Made by a program: the position numbers and the translations under genes
Notes under the pieces: generated by a model
Database searches by the model: none
Seen by the model: only the letters and a program-made list of their open reading frames with translations
Told to the model about the DNA's origin: nothing
Assembly: GCA_964057225.1 (NCBI GenBank)
Contig: OZ059894.1
Coordinates: 17,298,001-17,362,000 of the forward strand
Length of the DNA: 64,000 bases
From: Auanema rhodensis
Taxonomy: Eukaryota > Animalia > Nematoda
Reading direction: 5' to 3'
Shown here: positions 1 to 11,729 of the stretch, one piece after another
Layout of the letters: each line of letters starts with the position of its first letter
How positions within the stretch are numbered: the first letter of the stretch is position 1

Positions 1-38
1 AGAAGAAGTACACTTCTCGAAAAAAAATGTTAAAACGT

Positions 39-110
39 GGGCCGAGCCGGGGATCGATCCCGGGACCTCTCGCACCCTAAGCGAGAATCATACCACTAGA
101 CCACTCGGCC
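39..110 (-). tRNA. tRNA-Pro(AGG)
   Basis: Reverse complement GGCCGAGTGGTCTAGTGGTATGATTCTCGCTTAGGGTGCGAGAGGTCCCGGGATCGATCCCCGGCTCGGCCC; 72-nt cloverleaf; anticodon arm CTCGC-TT-AGG-GT-GCGAG. Confidence 0.97.
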
Positions 111-284
111 TGAAATATCCATTCACTACGATGAACCTTCTACGTTTCCATAATTATTTTTAACTACATATTATTAATCTGATATCTATAGGTGAATACT
201 AAAGCTTAAAATTAATTGAATTTCAAGAGAACTTTCACTAAATACTAAAAAAAAGTACACTTCTCGAAAAAAAATGTTTAACGT

Positions 285-356
285 GGGCCGAGCCGGGGAT
301 CGATCCCGGGACCTCTCGCACCCTAAGCGAGAATCATACCACTAGACCACTCGGCC
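285..356 (-). tRNA. tRNA-Pro(AGG)
   Basis: Same sequence as the copy at 39-110. Confidence 0.96.
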
Positions 357-531
357 TGAAATATCCATTCACTACGATGAACCTTCTACGTTTCCATAAT
401 TATTTTTAACTACATATTATTAATCTGATATCTATAGGTGAATACTAAAGCTTAAAATTAATTGAATTTCAAGAGAACTTTCACTAAATACTAAAAAAAA
501 GTACACTTCTCGAAAAAAAATGTTAAAACGT

Positions 532-603
532 GGGCCGAGCCGGGGATCGATCCCGGGACCTCTCGCACCCTAAGCGAGAATTATACCACTAGACCACTCG
601 GCC
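532..603 (-). tRNA. tRNA-Pro(AGG), D-stem variant
   Basis: One substitution (gaattatacc versus gaatcatacc). Confidence 0.9.
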
Positions 604-778
604 TGAAATATCCATTCACTACGATGAACCTTCTACGTTTCCATAATTATTTTTAACTGAATATTATTAATCTGATATCTATAGGTGAATACTAAAGCTT
701 AAAATTAATTGAATTTCAAGAGAACTTCCACTAAATACTAAGAAGAAGTACACTTCTCGAAAAAAAATGTTAAAACGT

Positions 779-850
779 GGGCCGAGCCGGGGATCGATCC
801 CGGGACCTCTCGCACCCTAAGCGAGAATCATACCACTAGACCACTCGGCC
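779..850 (-). tRNA. tRNA-Pro(AGG)
   Basis: Consensus copy. Confidence 0.96.
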
Positions 851-1025
851 TGAAATATCCATTCACTACGATGAACCTTCTACGTTTCCATAATTATTTT
901 TAACTGAATATTATTAATCTGATATCTATAGGTGAATACTAAAGCTTAAAATTAATTGAATTTCAAGAGAACTTTCACTAAATACTAAAAAAAAGTACAC
1001 TTCTCGAAAAAAAATGTTAAAACGT

Positions 1026-1097
1026 GGGCCGAGCCGGGGATCGATCCCGGGACCTCTCGCACCCTAAGCGAGAATCATACCACTAGACCACTCGGCC
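1026..1097 (-). tRNA. tRNA-Pro(AGG)
   Basis: Consensus copy. Confidence 0.96.
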
Positions 1098-1272
1098 TGA
1101 AATATCCATTCACTACGATGAACCTCCTACTTTTCCATATATATTTTTAATTGAATATCATTAATCTGATATCTATAGGTGAATACTAAAGCTCAACATT
1201 AATTGAATTTCAAGAGAACTTAAACTAAATACGAAGAAGAAGTACACTTCTCGAAACAAAATGTTCAAACGT

Positions 1273-1344
1273 GGGCCGAGCCGGGGATCGATCCCGGAAC
1301 CTCTCGCACCCTAAGCGAGAATCATACCACTAGACCACTCGGCC
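1273..1344 (-). tRNA. tRNA-Pro(AGG), variant
   Basis: One substitution (cccggaacc versus cccgggacc). Confidence 0.92.
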
Positions 1345-1519
1345 TGAAATATCCATTCACTACGATGAACCTTCTACGTTTCCATAATTATTTTTAACTG
1401 AATATTATTAATCTGATATCTATAGGTGAATACTAAAGCTTAAAATTAATTGAATTTCAAGAGAACTTTCACTAAATACTAAAAAAAAGTACACTTCTCG
1501 AAAAAAAATGTTAAAACGT

Positions 1520-1591
1520 GGGCCGAGCCGGGGATCGATCCCGGGACCTCTCGCACCCTAAGCGAGAATCATACCACTAGACCACTCGGCC
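1520..1591 (-). tRNA. tRNA-Pro(AGG)
   Basis: Consensus copy. Confidence 0.96.
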
Positions 1592-1766
1592 TGAAATATC
1601 CATTCTTTACGATGAACCTTCTACGTTTCCATAATTTTTTTTAACTGAATATTATTAATCTGATATCTATAGGTGAATACTAAAGCTTAAAATTAATTGA
1701 ATTTCAAGAGAACTTCCACTAAATACTAAGAAGAAGTACACTTCTCGAAACAAAATGTTGAAACGT

Positions 1767-1838
1767 GGGCCGAGCCGGGGATCGATCCCGGGACCTCTCG
1801 CACCCTAAGCGAGATTCATACCACTAGACCACTCGGCC
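1767..1838 (-). tRNA. tRNA-Pro(AGG), D-stem variant
   Basis: One substitution (gagattcata versus gagaatcata). Confidence 0.9.
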
Positions 1839-2013
1839 TGAGATATCCATTCACTACGATGAACCTTCTACGTTTCCATAATTTTTTTTAACTGAATATT
1901 ATTAATCTGATATCTATAGGTGAATACTAAAGCTTAAAATTAATTGAATTTCAAGAGAACTTCCACTAAATACTAAGAAGAAGTACACTTCTCGAAAAAA
2001 AATGTTAAAACGT

Positions 2014-2085
2014 GGGCCGAGCCGGGGATCGATCCCGGGACCTCTCGCACCCTAAGCGAGAATCATACCACTAGACCACTCGGCC
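2014..2085 (-). tRNA. tRNA-Pro(AGG)
   Basis: Consensus copy. Confidence 0.96.
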
Positions 2086-2260
2086 TGAAATATCCATTCA
2101 CTACGATGAACCTTCTACGTTTCCATAATTATTTTTAACTACATATTATTAATCTGATATCTAGAGGTGAATACTAAAGCTTAAAATTAATTGAATTTCA
2201 AGAGAACTTCCACTAAATACTAAGAAGAAGTACACTTCTCGAAAAAAAATGTTAAAACGT

Positions 2261-2332
2261 GGGCCGAGCCGGGGATCGATCCCGGGACCTCTCGCACCCT
2301 AAGCGAGAATCATACCACTAGACCACTCGGCC
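2261..2332 (-). tRNA. tRNA-Pro(AGG)
   Basis: Consensus copy. Confidence 0.96.
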
Positions 2333-2507
2333 TGAAATATCCATTCACTACGATGAACCTTCTACGTTTCCATAATTATTTTTAACTGAATATTATTAAT
2401 CTGATATCTATAGGTGAATACTAAAGCTTAAAATTAATTGAATTTCAAGAGAACTTTCACTAAATACTAAAAAAAAGTACACTTCTCGAAAAAAAATGTT
2501 AAAACGT

Positions 2508-2579
2508 GGGCCGAGCCGGGGATCGATCCCGGGACCTCTCGCACCCTAAGCGAGAATTATACCACTAGACCACTCGGCC
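2508..2579 (-). tRNA. tRNA-Pro(AGG), D-stem variant
   Basis: Same variant as 532-603. Confidence 0.9.
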
Positions 2580-2754
2580 TAAAATATCCATTCACTACGA
2601 TGAACCTTCTACGTTTCCATAATTAATTTTAACTGAATATTATTAATCTGATATCTATAGGTGAATACTAAAGCTTAAAATTAATTGAATTTCAAGAGAA
2701 CTTCCACTAAATACTAAGAAGAAGTACACTTCTCGAAAAAAAATGTTAAAACGT

Positions 2755-2826
2755 GGGCCGAGCCGGGGATCGATCCCGGGACCTCTCGCACCCTAAGCGA
2801 GAATCATACCACTAGACCACTCGGCC
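2755..2826 (-). tRNA. tRNA-Pro(AGG)
   Basis: Consensus copy. Confidence 0.96.
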
Positions 2827-3001
2827 TGAAATATCCATTCACTACGATGAACCTCCTACTTTTCCATATATATTTTTAATTGAATATCATTAATCTGATA
2901 TCTATAGGTGAATACTAAAGCTCAACATTAATTGAATTTCAAGAGAACTTAAACTAAATACGAAGAAGAAGTACACTTCTCGAAACAAAATGTTCAAACG
3001 T

Positions 3002-3073
3002 GGGCCGAGCCGGGGATCGATCCCGGAACCTCTCGCACCCTAAGCGAGAATCATACCACTAGACCACTCGGCC
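3002..3073 (-). tRNA. tRNA-Pro(AGG), variant
   Basis: Same variant as 1273-1344. Confidence 0.92.
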
Positions 3074-3248
3074 TGAAATATCTATTCACTACGATGAACC
3101 TTCTACGTTTCCATAATTATTTTTAACTGAATATTATTAATCTGATATCTATAGGTGAATACTAAAGCTTAAAATTAATTGAATTTCAAGAGAACTTCCA
3201 CTAAATACTAGAAAAAAGTACACTTCTCGAAACAAAATGTTCAAACGT

Positions 3249-3320
3249 GGGCCGAGCCGGGGATCGATCCCGGGACCTCTCGCACCCTAAGCGAGATTCA
3301 TACCACTAGACCACTCGGCC
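3249..3320 (-). tRNA. tRNA-Pro(AGG), D-stem variant
   Basis: gagattcata variant. Confidence 0.9.
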
Positions 3321-3495
3321 TGAAATATCCATTCTTTACGATGAACCTTCTACGTTTCCATAATTTTTTTTAACTGAATATTATTAATCTGATATCTATA
3401 GGTGAATACTAAAGCTTAAAATTAATTGAATTTCAAGAGAACTTCCACTAAATACTAAGAAGAAGTACACTTCTCGAAACAAAATGTTGAAACGT

Positions 3496-3567
3496 GGGCC
3501 GAGCCGGGGATCGATCCCGGGACCTCTCGCACCTTAAGCGAGATTCATACCACTAGACCACTCGGCC
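3496..3567 (-). tRNA. tRNA-Pro body with anticodon changed to AAG (Leu)
   Basis: + strand gcaccttaagcgag gives CTCGC-TT-AAG-GT-GC; also carries the D-stem variant. Confidence 0.75.
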
Positions 3568-3742
3568 TGAGATATCCATTCACTACGATGAACCTTCTAC
3601 GTTTCCATAATTTTTTTTAACTGAATATTATTAATCTGATATCTATAGGTGAATACTAAAGCTTAAAATTAATTGAATTTCAAGAGAACTTCCACTAAAT
3701 ACTAAGAAGAAGTACACTTCTCGAAAAAAAATGTTAAAACGT

Positions 3743-3814
3743 GGGCCGAGCCGGGGATCGATCCCGGGACCTCTCGCACCCTAAGCGAGAATCATACCAC
3801 TAGACCACTCGGCC
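3743..3814 (-). tRNA. tRNA-Pro(AGG)
   Basis: Consensus copy. Confidence 0.96.
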
Positions 3815-3989
3815 TGAAATATCCATTCACTACGATGAACCTTCTACGTTTCCATAATTATTTTTAACTACATATTATTAATCTGATATCTAGAGGTGAA
3901 TACTAAAGCTTAAAATTAATTGAATTTCAAGAGAACTTCCACTAAATACTAAGAAGAAGTACACTTCTCGAAAAAAAATGTTGAAACGT

Positions 3990-4061
3990 GGGCGGAGCCG
4001 GGGATTGATCACGGGACCTCTCGCACCCTAAGCGAGAATCATACTACTAGACCACTCGGCC
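3990..4061 (-). pseudogene. Degenerate tRNA-Pro(AGG)
   Basis: Substitutions in the acceptor stem, T arm and D loop (ggcggag, gattgatcacggg, atactactag). Confidence 0.75.
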
Positions 4062-4236
4062 TGAGATATCCATTCACTACAATGAAACTCCTACTATTCC
4101 ATATATATTTTTAACTGAATATTATTAATCTGATATCTATAGGTGAACCCTCAAGCTTAAAATTAATTGAATTTCAAGAGAACTTCAACTAAATACTAAG
4201 AAGAAGTACACTTCTCGAAAAAAAATGTTAAAACGT

Positions 4237-4279
4237 GGGCCGAGCCGGGGATTGATCCCGGGACCTCTCGCACCCTAAG
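4237..4279 (-). pseudogene. tRNA-Pro 3' half, interrupted in the anticodon stem by LTR A
   Basis: tRNA sequence stops at ...caccctaag and non-array sequence starts at 4280. Confidence 0.92.
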
Positions 4280-4707
4280 TATCGCGAATGCGATTATTCA
4301 TCATTCAATCGATGCAATCTCATCACGTTGGCAGATGAGATTCACGGGCACTCTGTTTTATACCACCGTCGCGGACGGTCGCTTTTCTCTCTTCTCGTTG
4401 CTGTCTTTATCTTATCACTCATCTAGTCTGAACCACCGTTCTATTCTTGTCCTTCCGTAAGACTATCTTTTGTCTCATTAGTGATGTATATCTAGTCTTA
4501 TTACATTTCACTCTAGTCTTCTATGTACTTTATCTAGTCTTAGTATATATCTTCTGGGCCTTATATTCTGTATTATGTATATCTGAATAGCATATGAATG
4601 AATCTTTCTTCCTCTAATAGTCTTTCATGTTAACAGGGCATAGAATAGAAAGTGTGAACCTGGGAGGCTATTTGAAGAGCTTTCTATCTTCAAAATGGTG
4701 CATCGGC
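4280..4707 (+). mobile_element. 5' LTR (~4280-4694) and tRNA-Gly primer-binding site (PBS) of BEL/Pao element A
   Basis: Begins tatcgcgaatgc (compare TGTCGGCGAATGC of element D and TGTCGCGA of element E), ends ...caaa, and is followed by TGGTGCATCGGC (4696-4707), complementary to a tRNA-Gly(GCC) 3' end. Confidence 0.75.
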
Positions 4708-5655
4708 ATCACTTTCTACTCTATGACCTTTCTATTGCGCTACTTTATCTTTTTTCTTTTTTTTCTTTAAGCCAGTCTGCTCGTTAATAGTGACTCGTTG
4801 GATGTCCTCTACAGTATAAGTTCAATGATCTAAATACTCTAAAGGAATCGTATGTCAGTACAACATAATTGGTTGTTAAATGTTGTCTAGATATCAGTGA
4901 TAATTAAACATTATTTAAAATTTTGGTTGATACCATATTTTTGTACCACATGATTACAGAAAATAACATAGTGGGTTATTCGCTATATAAACTCTATTGG
5001 ATTACCCAATGGCTACTTCCTTTAACTTGCCGGCAGTGACTCAGCTGGGATTGATCACCCCTTATTATGTTTCACAGAAGAATTTGCGAGAGTATGAGAA
5101 AAATGCAGACAAAGTACCAACAAACACATTTTATGGCAATCTTATTTCTACTGACTGAGGACAGTGAGAAACAATGATATGAATTACGCATTAGCAGAGC
5201 TACCGTCTAAAAAGGCTATTTATTAATTTATTATTTGATTTTGAGACCTTTTAATATCTTTCGTAACTTTCAATATTCATTGTAAACAATTTTGATTGAC
5301 TTCGAGTGTAAAAGTTATTTTAACAATTGTGAATCAATTGAATAGGTGACTAAAAGGCATCTTAGACCAATTTCTCCTTGCTATATGAGTAATGCTGTCT
5401 GTTTCCTCATCTGTAAAGGAGTCAGTATCTTAGAGATCAACGATTATTTGTGTGGAAGGAGCCTATCAACAAGTAACGTCTGTTGACCTACTTGTTGATG
5501 TTTCTTTGGTACCCTTGCACTCTCGGTAGGTGTTGTTTATATAAAAATGCGAAAGAGTTCCGAGTTTTTAATATTTACGGCTTGTTTTATAGTTTTTGAA
5601 TTTTTTTATTCATCCATTGTTTGTAAATCAATTGTTTCCAACCATATGAGTCATA

Positions 5656-6606
5656 TGTAACGACCAACGGGTCAATGAGAAAGGTCAGAGTCCAAATCAT
5701 GAAATTCATAAAATTTATATATTTTATCTTATATAAGATCATCACCCACGTCCTATAGGACAAAATACATTAACTATATTGTTAAAATCCTACGCAGTTG
5801 AAAATTTCTGTGAAAAATCACAAAACATCATAATATCCAATCCTACATAGATGAGATAATGATAAGACACGAAAGAGCTACGAATTATCATCCTACGCAT
5901 GTTAAAGCATAAAATATAAATATCAGCAAAGGTTAAATGAGATATTTCCAACATTTTGCACCAAAAAGTCGATTTTAGCAAATATGTTGAAAAGATACGC
6001 GAAAAAAGACAAAAGATGTTGCCATCTGTTCATTGACCTGGTGCGGCGCCATTAGCACCACGCAAACATCTCTCACACATTATCTAGGTCACCATCGAAT
6101 GACATGGAATATCAAAACATTTTAAAATGTTATGAGAAGTTAACCCACTGGTTTTGTTTCAAATCCATTAAATTATCTCATTTAATAATCTTACATATAC
6201 TTTTTGCAGATCAGCTCCTCCCTCTTAACATCCCACACGGCCTAGCTGTCAGACAGGTCATTCATTCCGCCGCTACAACCAGCCACAGCACCTGACGCCA
6301 TCTGCTAACCTATTCACCAGAGAAGGACAATCGACATCAAGGATCCTCAAGGAGAATCAAGTTAGTTTTCATTTGTTCGCATTAACACTTTAACCGCTTA
6401 TTGAATTTGAATTGATACTCTCTGGTATCCTTTATACATTTACATTAAGTTGGTAAGTTATTTTATAATTTCAATTTGTTTTATTTTAATTTCATTATTT
6501 CACATTTGACAGTTTATATTTCATTCACATATGTTATACAATATCCTTTGTTCATCTGTCCAGAAATAAATCTTTTGTCTCAAATTACTCATCCTTTTCA
6601 TACACA
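5656..6606 (+). mobile_element. Putative 5' LTR of BEL/Pao element B
   Basis: Starts TGTAACGACC, has splice-like signals and AATAAA (~6566), ends ...TACACA, and lies upstream of the element B gag. No partner LTR and no clean PBS, so the ends are uncertain. Confidence 0.4.
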
Positions 6607-8435
6607 TACTTTCTGATCAATCAAACTATAATATTTTGAATACTTTTTGGATATCCTTATTATATTTCAACCAATTAATATTAATATTGGTATTATATTT
6701 TTTGATAAAAAACAAGAGCATATTTAGTATCAAATTACTCAGAAAACTTTACTGAATTCATCAAAGCTAGTTTGCTCACATTTTTTGATCGATTTTGGGA
6801 AACTCAATTTTTTCTCTCTATTTCCTACAGTCATCTCTCAACTTGAATTGTTCTCTCATCTAGTGAATCATCCAATTTTTCTTTTTTTAACCAGAGAAAG
6901 ATACTTATTGAATTATCTTTGCCTGAACAATCTCAAATTTTAAAAATTTAAAAATATACTAATTTAACTAACAAAAAAAAAAAATTATATATATATTCAA
7001 AAGATAAAACATACATAATTAAACGTAATTAAACGAAACAGTAACAACTACACGAAAAAAATAACAGTATAACTCTCCAAAGAAAAAACTGTTAACAAAT
7101 ATTCAACTAAATATTCATTGTACCTTCTAATAGTGAACTATTTGCTTATCCATATTACTTGCACATCTTTTCTTATCTTCACTTTTTTTTTCTCCTATTT
7201 ATATTATACATATATTGTTAAATCAACTCATATTTATATTGTTATTCCTTCTATCGACAGCTATTATATTCGGACTTTAACTCAGTTGATTTTCAATAAT
7301 CAATAAACAAATTAGCTAGATTAAACACAAAATTAACTTGAACATTAATATTTCTCTTCAAACAAAATGATTATGAGTCGTTCTTCTCCATCGGAAAAAG
7401 AAACTCGTAACCTGACTGCCTTAGCAAGACAGTTAAGTTGTTTAAAAAGAAATATAACTCACGCGTTGAAGTTGTTCAACACGGTGAAGGAGGACATCCT
7501 CCCGCACCATCAAGCATTGATGCGTATATATTATAAAGCCATCCCGGTTGGGGACGTCTTCCGATCACTACGAGATCAGTTAGACGAACATCGAGTGATG
7601 CTTGAGGCACGCACCCATGTGGACTACCCAGCAACTTGGTTGGAATTATACCAAGGTAGCTATAAAAGGATGTTGGCCAAATACCCTCAGACCATGAAAG
7701 CTCATGAAATCGACCAACTTGTCACCAAAAACATTGGCGAAGAACATCCGCCCACAGTTGCAAAACTGATCAAGGGCATTTTGGACTATTGCGATGAGAG
7801 AGATCTCATGGTGAACACAGGCGAAGTTGAGGAATATACTCAACTTATCCAACTTCGCCGAGATGAACTCGATGACTATCAGAGTTCATTTGACTCTACA
7901 GTACATGACTCAACAACATTGCAAAATGACATGAACAGAATGAAATACTCCAGAAAAAACTTAGAGATGAGTTTCTTTTCTGGAATACAAAAACATTTGA
8001 ACATCACACCAGATAGAACACGACGACACAGAACACAAAGTACAAGTTCTGATGAAATCGGTTCCACACAAAGACAACCTACTCAAAAACGAGTGTACAC
8101 TACTCGAGCGAACAATAGTGACGTTATGATCGCATCTCCTCAGCACGATATTTCAATGCTTGAACCAAACAGTAACTCCACTCTTTTGAACGATGATCTA
8201 ATGCCGATATCAGAAAATGATCTTGTTCATTCTTTTAACAATCTGAGTACTGGTTCTAATAGCTTGGAAAGAGCTAGAGCGGATGCTGACAATGTTGGAA
8301 CCCCACTTGGAGCAGCTAATAAGCGGAAAGCTCTCTCACCATTGAGACACGCGCACTACGATTCTCGACCAATTACAGTCGAACAACATACAAACAATGC
8401 TCCCAATCATTGGTCAACTATGCAACAGAACATAG

Positions 8436-8816
8436 CGTTACATATCGTTTCTTCCCGTCTTTTCATGGTCGGAAGATATATGTACTTCTACCTTGTTCCT
8501 TAGGTAGGCAGACCCGAACGCCCCGATTTCCTTATTAAGACAAATACTTAAAGAGAAAAGGATTCATTATCAGATAACAAGAAAATACAATATAAGAATT
8601 ACATTAAGAAAGAATATAAAGAGATCTAATAAAGTATTAAATAGAGTATATATATAGATGATATAGAGATGAGACTCACATGACTATAAGACAACCTATC
8701 TGGGTTAGGCCAGAAGCAAGAGTGTCATGTGTGTCCCATGTTGTAGGCGGGGCTTGTTCAGGCTCCCGCTATTTGAATAGCGCGCACATGTTTACCATGT
8801 GCTTGCAGATGTGACA
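8436..8816 (-). repeat. 3' LTR of V1 (TGTCACAT...ATGTAACG)
   Basis: 381 bp, preceded by the purine tract AAGGTGGGGGGA; near-identical inverted copy at 17525-17905. Confidence 0.88.
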
Positions 8817-9839
8817 TCCCCCCACCTTAAAAAGTTGAACGTCCTCGTTCAAAAACAAAATAAATTAATTCACTTTTTAAGATAGTTGGAAAAAAAAATC
8901 ATGGTGTAGTGGATAAAAAAAAATGTATACAATACGATTTGAAAGTTTAGCTATTGTCTCTTCAAGTTTGTTGAATTCGAAATGTAGTCGAGTAGATTCT
9001 ATTCCATTCACTTGAGTAGTGAAATGCTTGCAAACGAGAGCTTTGCTTCTAAACCATTCGACTGTGATATAGTCGTTCATTTTCTTGAGTTGTACAGGTA
9101 CGGTGTTACCCTGAGAATAGGTCGAGCCCGTTCTGTACAAAAAAAATGAAAACTTGTTTAACCCGTATGACTAATGTCCATAAGGTGAATACAAGTAATG
9201 ATTAAGCATAAAAAATAGCAAGATTCACAAGAGAATGTTGAAAAAATCTACTCAATGAGAGTTGAAGTAATAAAACAAACCCTTGTAAAACAATAGCAGA
9301 CTTCTCAGAAAAAATCAATCAACAACAAAGAAGTGTTACAATCAGAAATGGCACAAAATAAAATAAAAAATTTCAACAATTTGATTTTGTTAAAAAAAAC
9401 TACCTTCAAGAAATTGTGATAACCGGAATAGATGTTGTCCGTTGGTAAGGTTTGACGAAGTCCTTGTGTACTCTTCTGCTTTTTCATTTATCTGTTTGAA
9501 CCACGACGAAAGATCTTTGAACTGCTGTAACTAAATAAGGCCCTTCGAATGAAGGTGTTAGTTTTTTTCGTGTAGAATTCACTTTTATCATAACTAAGTC
9601 ATTAACCTGAATTTCTTTATTTTGTGTTCTATTTCGTGTATTGTACCGTTGTTCATTCTTCTTTGTTGTTGTGTGACATACAAAAGGTATGGCTCTGGTG
9701 ATCCTTGTTCCTGATCTTTGTTGTCCTCGCTGATGTCCGAGTCCGACAGGGTGGCTGGTGAGTTAGATGAATATAAGAGCGTGGAAGCAACTAGACTCCA
9801 GTAAAAACGTTTGTGACAATGGCGTCTGATGAAGAAGGA

Positions 9840-11729
9840 TCGTTGATAATTGGTAGTAAATTTTAGTCCAGTGGAGGAGTCTGATACAAAAGACAAATTA
9901 TGCGAATAATACCATAAGTGGATGTACCGTTCCGGAACACCCAATCGGCCCATAAGACGTGTCTCATATTCCAGCGCGAGCGCACCTTGAGATTTATCAT
10001 ATTTCGATATGTCAATCTCTGTTGACTGTAAGGTTTGCACGATGTCCGGTGGCATGTCAGATGTTAGTTTATTCGCAAATTCATCCGGAGACAAGTCTGT
10101 GAGAATATTAATACCAGGGGTCAAGGATGATAATACCCGGTTCTTTATGGTATTCATAACCGCACAGAAAACTGCGTTAACGTCTTTTTCCGAGTAAACA
10201 ATGGTTTGGAGAGCCGGGTACAAGTTAGCAGCATCCCTTGTTAAATTCGGCTTAGGCTGTCGTTTGATCGAAAATTTAAAGTTGTCCAAAGGTATCTGTT
10301 CCAGACTTTCAGTTGCCTCAATTTTCTCATAAGTAGACGACGGTTGTCGTTGAAACCGCTCGTCGATGTCTTGAGAATTTATTTCAAACGGTGTGGTGTC
10401 GATCGAGGGAAAAAACGAGGCAATGACCGAGTCAACCATCTCTTCAGCCACGACGTCTATATTACACATTAGCGTGAGTTCCGGAACACAAAAATTTCTC
10501 TTATTCGCAGCTAGCAGAGCCTCTCGGAAAGTCACGGGCCTAATCAAGGGAGTCGGCAGTTGAAACAATGGTGTCATATGGTCATATTTCTGCTGTTGAA
10601 ATAGTCCTTTATCAGGTGTAAACTTCGCGTTAGACATAACAACTTCTAAATCTGAGTTATGCATGTCGTACGTGTCCATTATATTGTTGGTGAAACCGTC
10701 TCCCGGGAATAATTGATCTGCCAGTATTTGTATACCGATAAGATTCGCAGGTAATTTTATACAGGAAGACAACGGAATTGATGGTGATCCGATAGTGGAC
10801 ACTTCATTTTGCTCTAGACGGTCGACATTAGCAACACAATTGATGCTGAGAATATCCAAAGTCTTTGGTGACATAGTATTGAGATGCTCGGCACCTAGAT
10901 AAAACACCTTCTTTCCTAGTTGATGACATTTTTTATTCAAAAATCTTGCGACCACAAGTTTGTGCACTGGTAATGATGATGGTAGACAAACGGTTAGATT
11001 TCCTCTAGACTGGTGCGATAAGTCTGTGGCGTACTGACGTATGGATGGTGCATTAGTTATACGATCGCTGTCGACGTCTATGGCGGAGTGCTTAGACGTT
11101 GGTCGTTGTAAAGACACACATTCAGATAAATATGTACTCCCTCCCCTCATCGTCGATAGAGCCTTCGGGTACTTTGTAAGTATAAATCTGCTAAGTATAT
11201 CATCTGTGAAAGCAGTGAAGTACGTTAACGATGAAGTATGCCTAGAGATCGCCACAACAGCGTATGCCTGCCTCAAGTAAATCTCATCAGTCGGGATGGT
11301 AGACAGTCTAACTATCGCGATGAATCTAGATTGCATTCCTTGGTACTCATGCACCGTTTGTACCCCTGAGAAACCCTTTGATATTAATGTCTGCTTATCA
11401 CTCTGCGTAAAGGTAAGGTATTTTGTGGTCTTAACCTTAGGAATCGAGTCACTACTAAGGATCTTTGTGATGAATAGTGACCGTGTTGTTGTGTTCGTCG
11501 GTCCAGCACACATACCATCAGATGTGGTGATACCCATGTCCGAATTAGCGGTGATATATAATGGGTTAAGAATTTCACAAACGTCCCTTGGGCATCTGTA
11601 TGAGACGGATCTTGTTTCTCCGACCTTGAATACTCGAGATAGGTACCTATACTGCATAACAAATGTCGTGCCCAATGAATTTACAAATGGAATCTGGCAT
11701 AGGACGTGGCACCTGAGAAATGAATACAT
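9840..11729 (-). pseudogene. Endogenous viral element: helicase motifs III-VI and N-terminal part of an alphavirus-supergroup RdRp, truncated at motif B
   Basis: QIPF, SYRCPRDV, LTFTQSDK, TVHEYQG, VVAISRHT; RdRp PALQTIVY and EIDISKYDKSQ (motif A); ends at NYQR before the expected KSGD and GDD. Confidence 0.93.

Larger units (their letters stand above)
1..4279 (-). repeat. Tandem array of ~247-bp units, each with one tRNA-Pro(AGG) gene and an AT-rich spacer; continues beyond the window start
   Basis: The unit recurs every 246-247 bp (tRNA left ends at 39, 285, 532 ... 4237). Each gene is followed on the minus strand by T4 and longer T runs typical of Pol III terminators. Confidence 0.98.

Noticed and set aside
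51-60. ATC instead of TTC in the T loop as a sign of pseudogene or SINE
   Set aside because: Present in all copies with intact stems, compatible with the B-box consensus, and as I recall also found in nematode tRNA-Pro(AGG).
1-4279. CRISPR-like repeat array
   Set aside because: Whole units are near-identical with no unique spacers, the GC-rich core is a tRNA gene, and the context is eukaryotic.
6039-6050. TGGTGCGGCGCC as a PBS
   Set aside because: Not preceded by a recognisable LTR end and no convincing tRNA match beyond six bases.
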